A stretch of 64,000 nt of DNA, taken from assembly GCA_021432655.1 (NCBI GenBank), contig MU271443.1, positions 1 to 64,000 on the forward strand, given 5' to 3'. The position numbers and the translations under genes were made by a program. Each line of letters begins with the position of its first letter. Position 1 is the stretch's first letter. The notes beneath the pieces were generated by a model, which was not told the DNA's origin, did no database searches, and saw only the letters and a list, made by a program, of their open reading frames with translations. Positions 63,422-64,000 of the stretch are shown piece by piece. The DNA comes from Atractiella rhizophila (taxonomy: Eukaryota).

Positions 63422-63663
63422 CTTTGTTATCGAGCTAAATCGAGAGCAAAAATGAGCAATAGATGGTTGTTTAGAAATTTTGGTAGGCGATCAAGTCGCA
63501 TTCTGGCTGGTGATTCTAAACTTCAGCCTAGTAGTGAGGTCGCATTTTCTTTTCACTTGTTGAGAGTTGCTCTGAATATTGTGGATCTCGAGGGACTTAT
63601 CGAAGTGTATGCTACCTAAGTGAGGTAGATTTTCTTATTGGATATTTGCTAAAATTGGGGCAG

Positions 63664-64000
63664 ATGTCGTTTCTTTACACACTCCCAACCACAGGTCAGG
63701 TCAACTTCGGGACACTACTCACTGCAACGGCCACATCCTCCATATCAAGCGTGAACATCCAGTTGACGACCGCTACTGCTTCTCGTTCACGCCTCCGTGG
63801 AGTCTTAAAAGCATTGAAGAGGGAGAAAGAGAAGGGGAAAGATGGAGATCTGCACAAGGGTTGGTTAGGCGTTATCCAGGTTCGTTCACCTTCACAAATG
63901 AATGATGTTGCTGATCAACTCTTTACTTTCCAAGGCCGCTGAAGACTATCTACCTTTCCTGGTAGGCATCCTGAAAGGAGTTGAGGATGGAAGTCTAGAG
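63664..64000 (+). CDS. pH-response regulator PalC/Rim23-like (BRO1-like), 5' part
   Basis: MSFLYTLPTTGQVNF...ATASRSRLRGVLKALKR...VIQ-AAEDYLPFL resembles PalC N-termini. Confidence 0.6.

Overview
Gene-dense, intron-rich fungal DNA. The ~50-nt introns with GT/GC-AG ends and the gene families suggest a basidiomycete (inference). There are about 26 protein-coding loci: S28 peptidase, GH76, IDO, three paralogous Zn2Cys6-type factors, an unknown membrane protein, a Sch9-like kinase, MSH6, a PSTAIRE CDK, TUP1, a GN-repeat secreted protein, a 2-hydroxyacid dehydrogenase/KduD pair, MAK3, two tandem [SSAT-like acetyltransferase + RING/TRAF-zinc-finger] units, ODC plus a partial copy, a cyclin, a WBP2-like gene, BUD23, NOC2, hemerythrin, NMD3 and PalC. 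Four observations stand out. (1) An 862-nt BUD23 intron holds a dense run of hairpins whose G-U pairs favour the antisense strand, with a template-like CUCUAACUCU next to a stem; it is a candidate long structured ncRNA, possibly telomerase RNA. (2) A rearranged polyamine locus carries palindrome-led RING-TRAF genes whose heptad repeats sit at the duplication breakpoints. (3) A non-AUG uORF overlaps the ODC start. (4) Two segments beside N-gaps are written reversed but not complemented, hiding the middle of NOC2 and the 5' half of a WBP2-like gene; these are almost certainly assembly artefacts. Exon boundaries were read by eye and are approximate.
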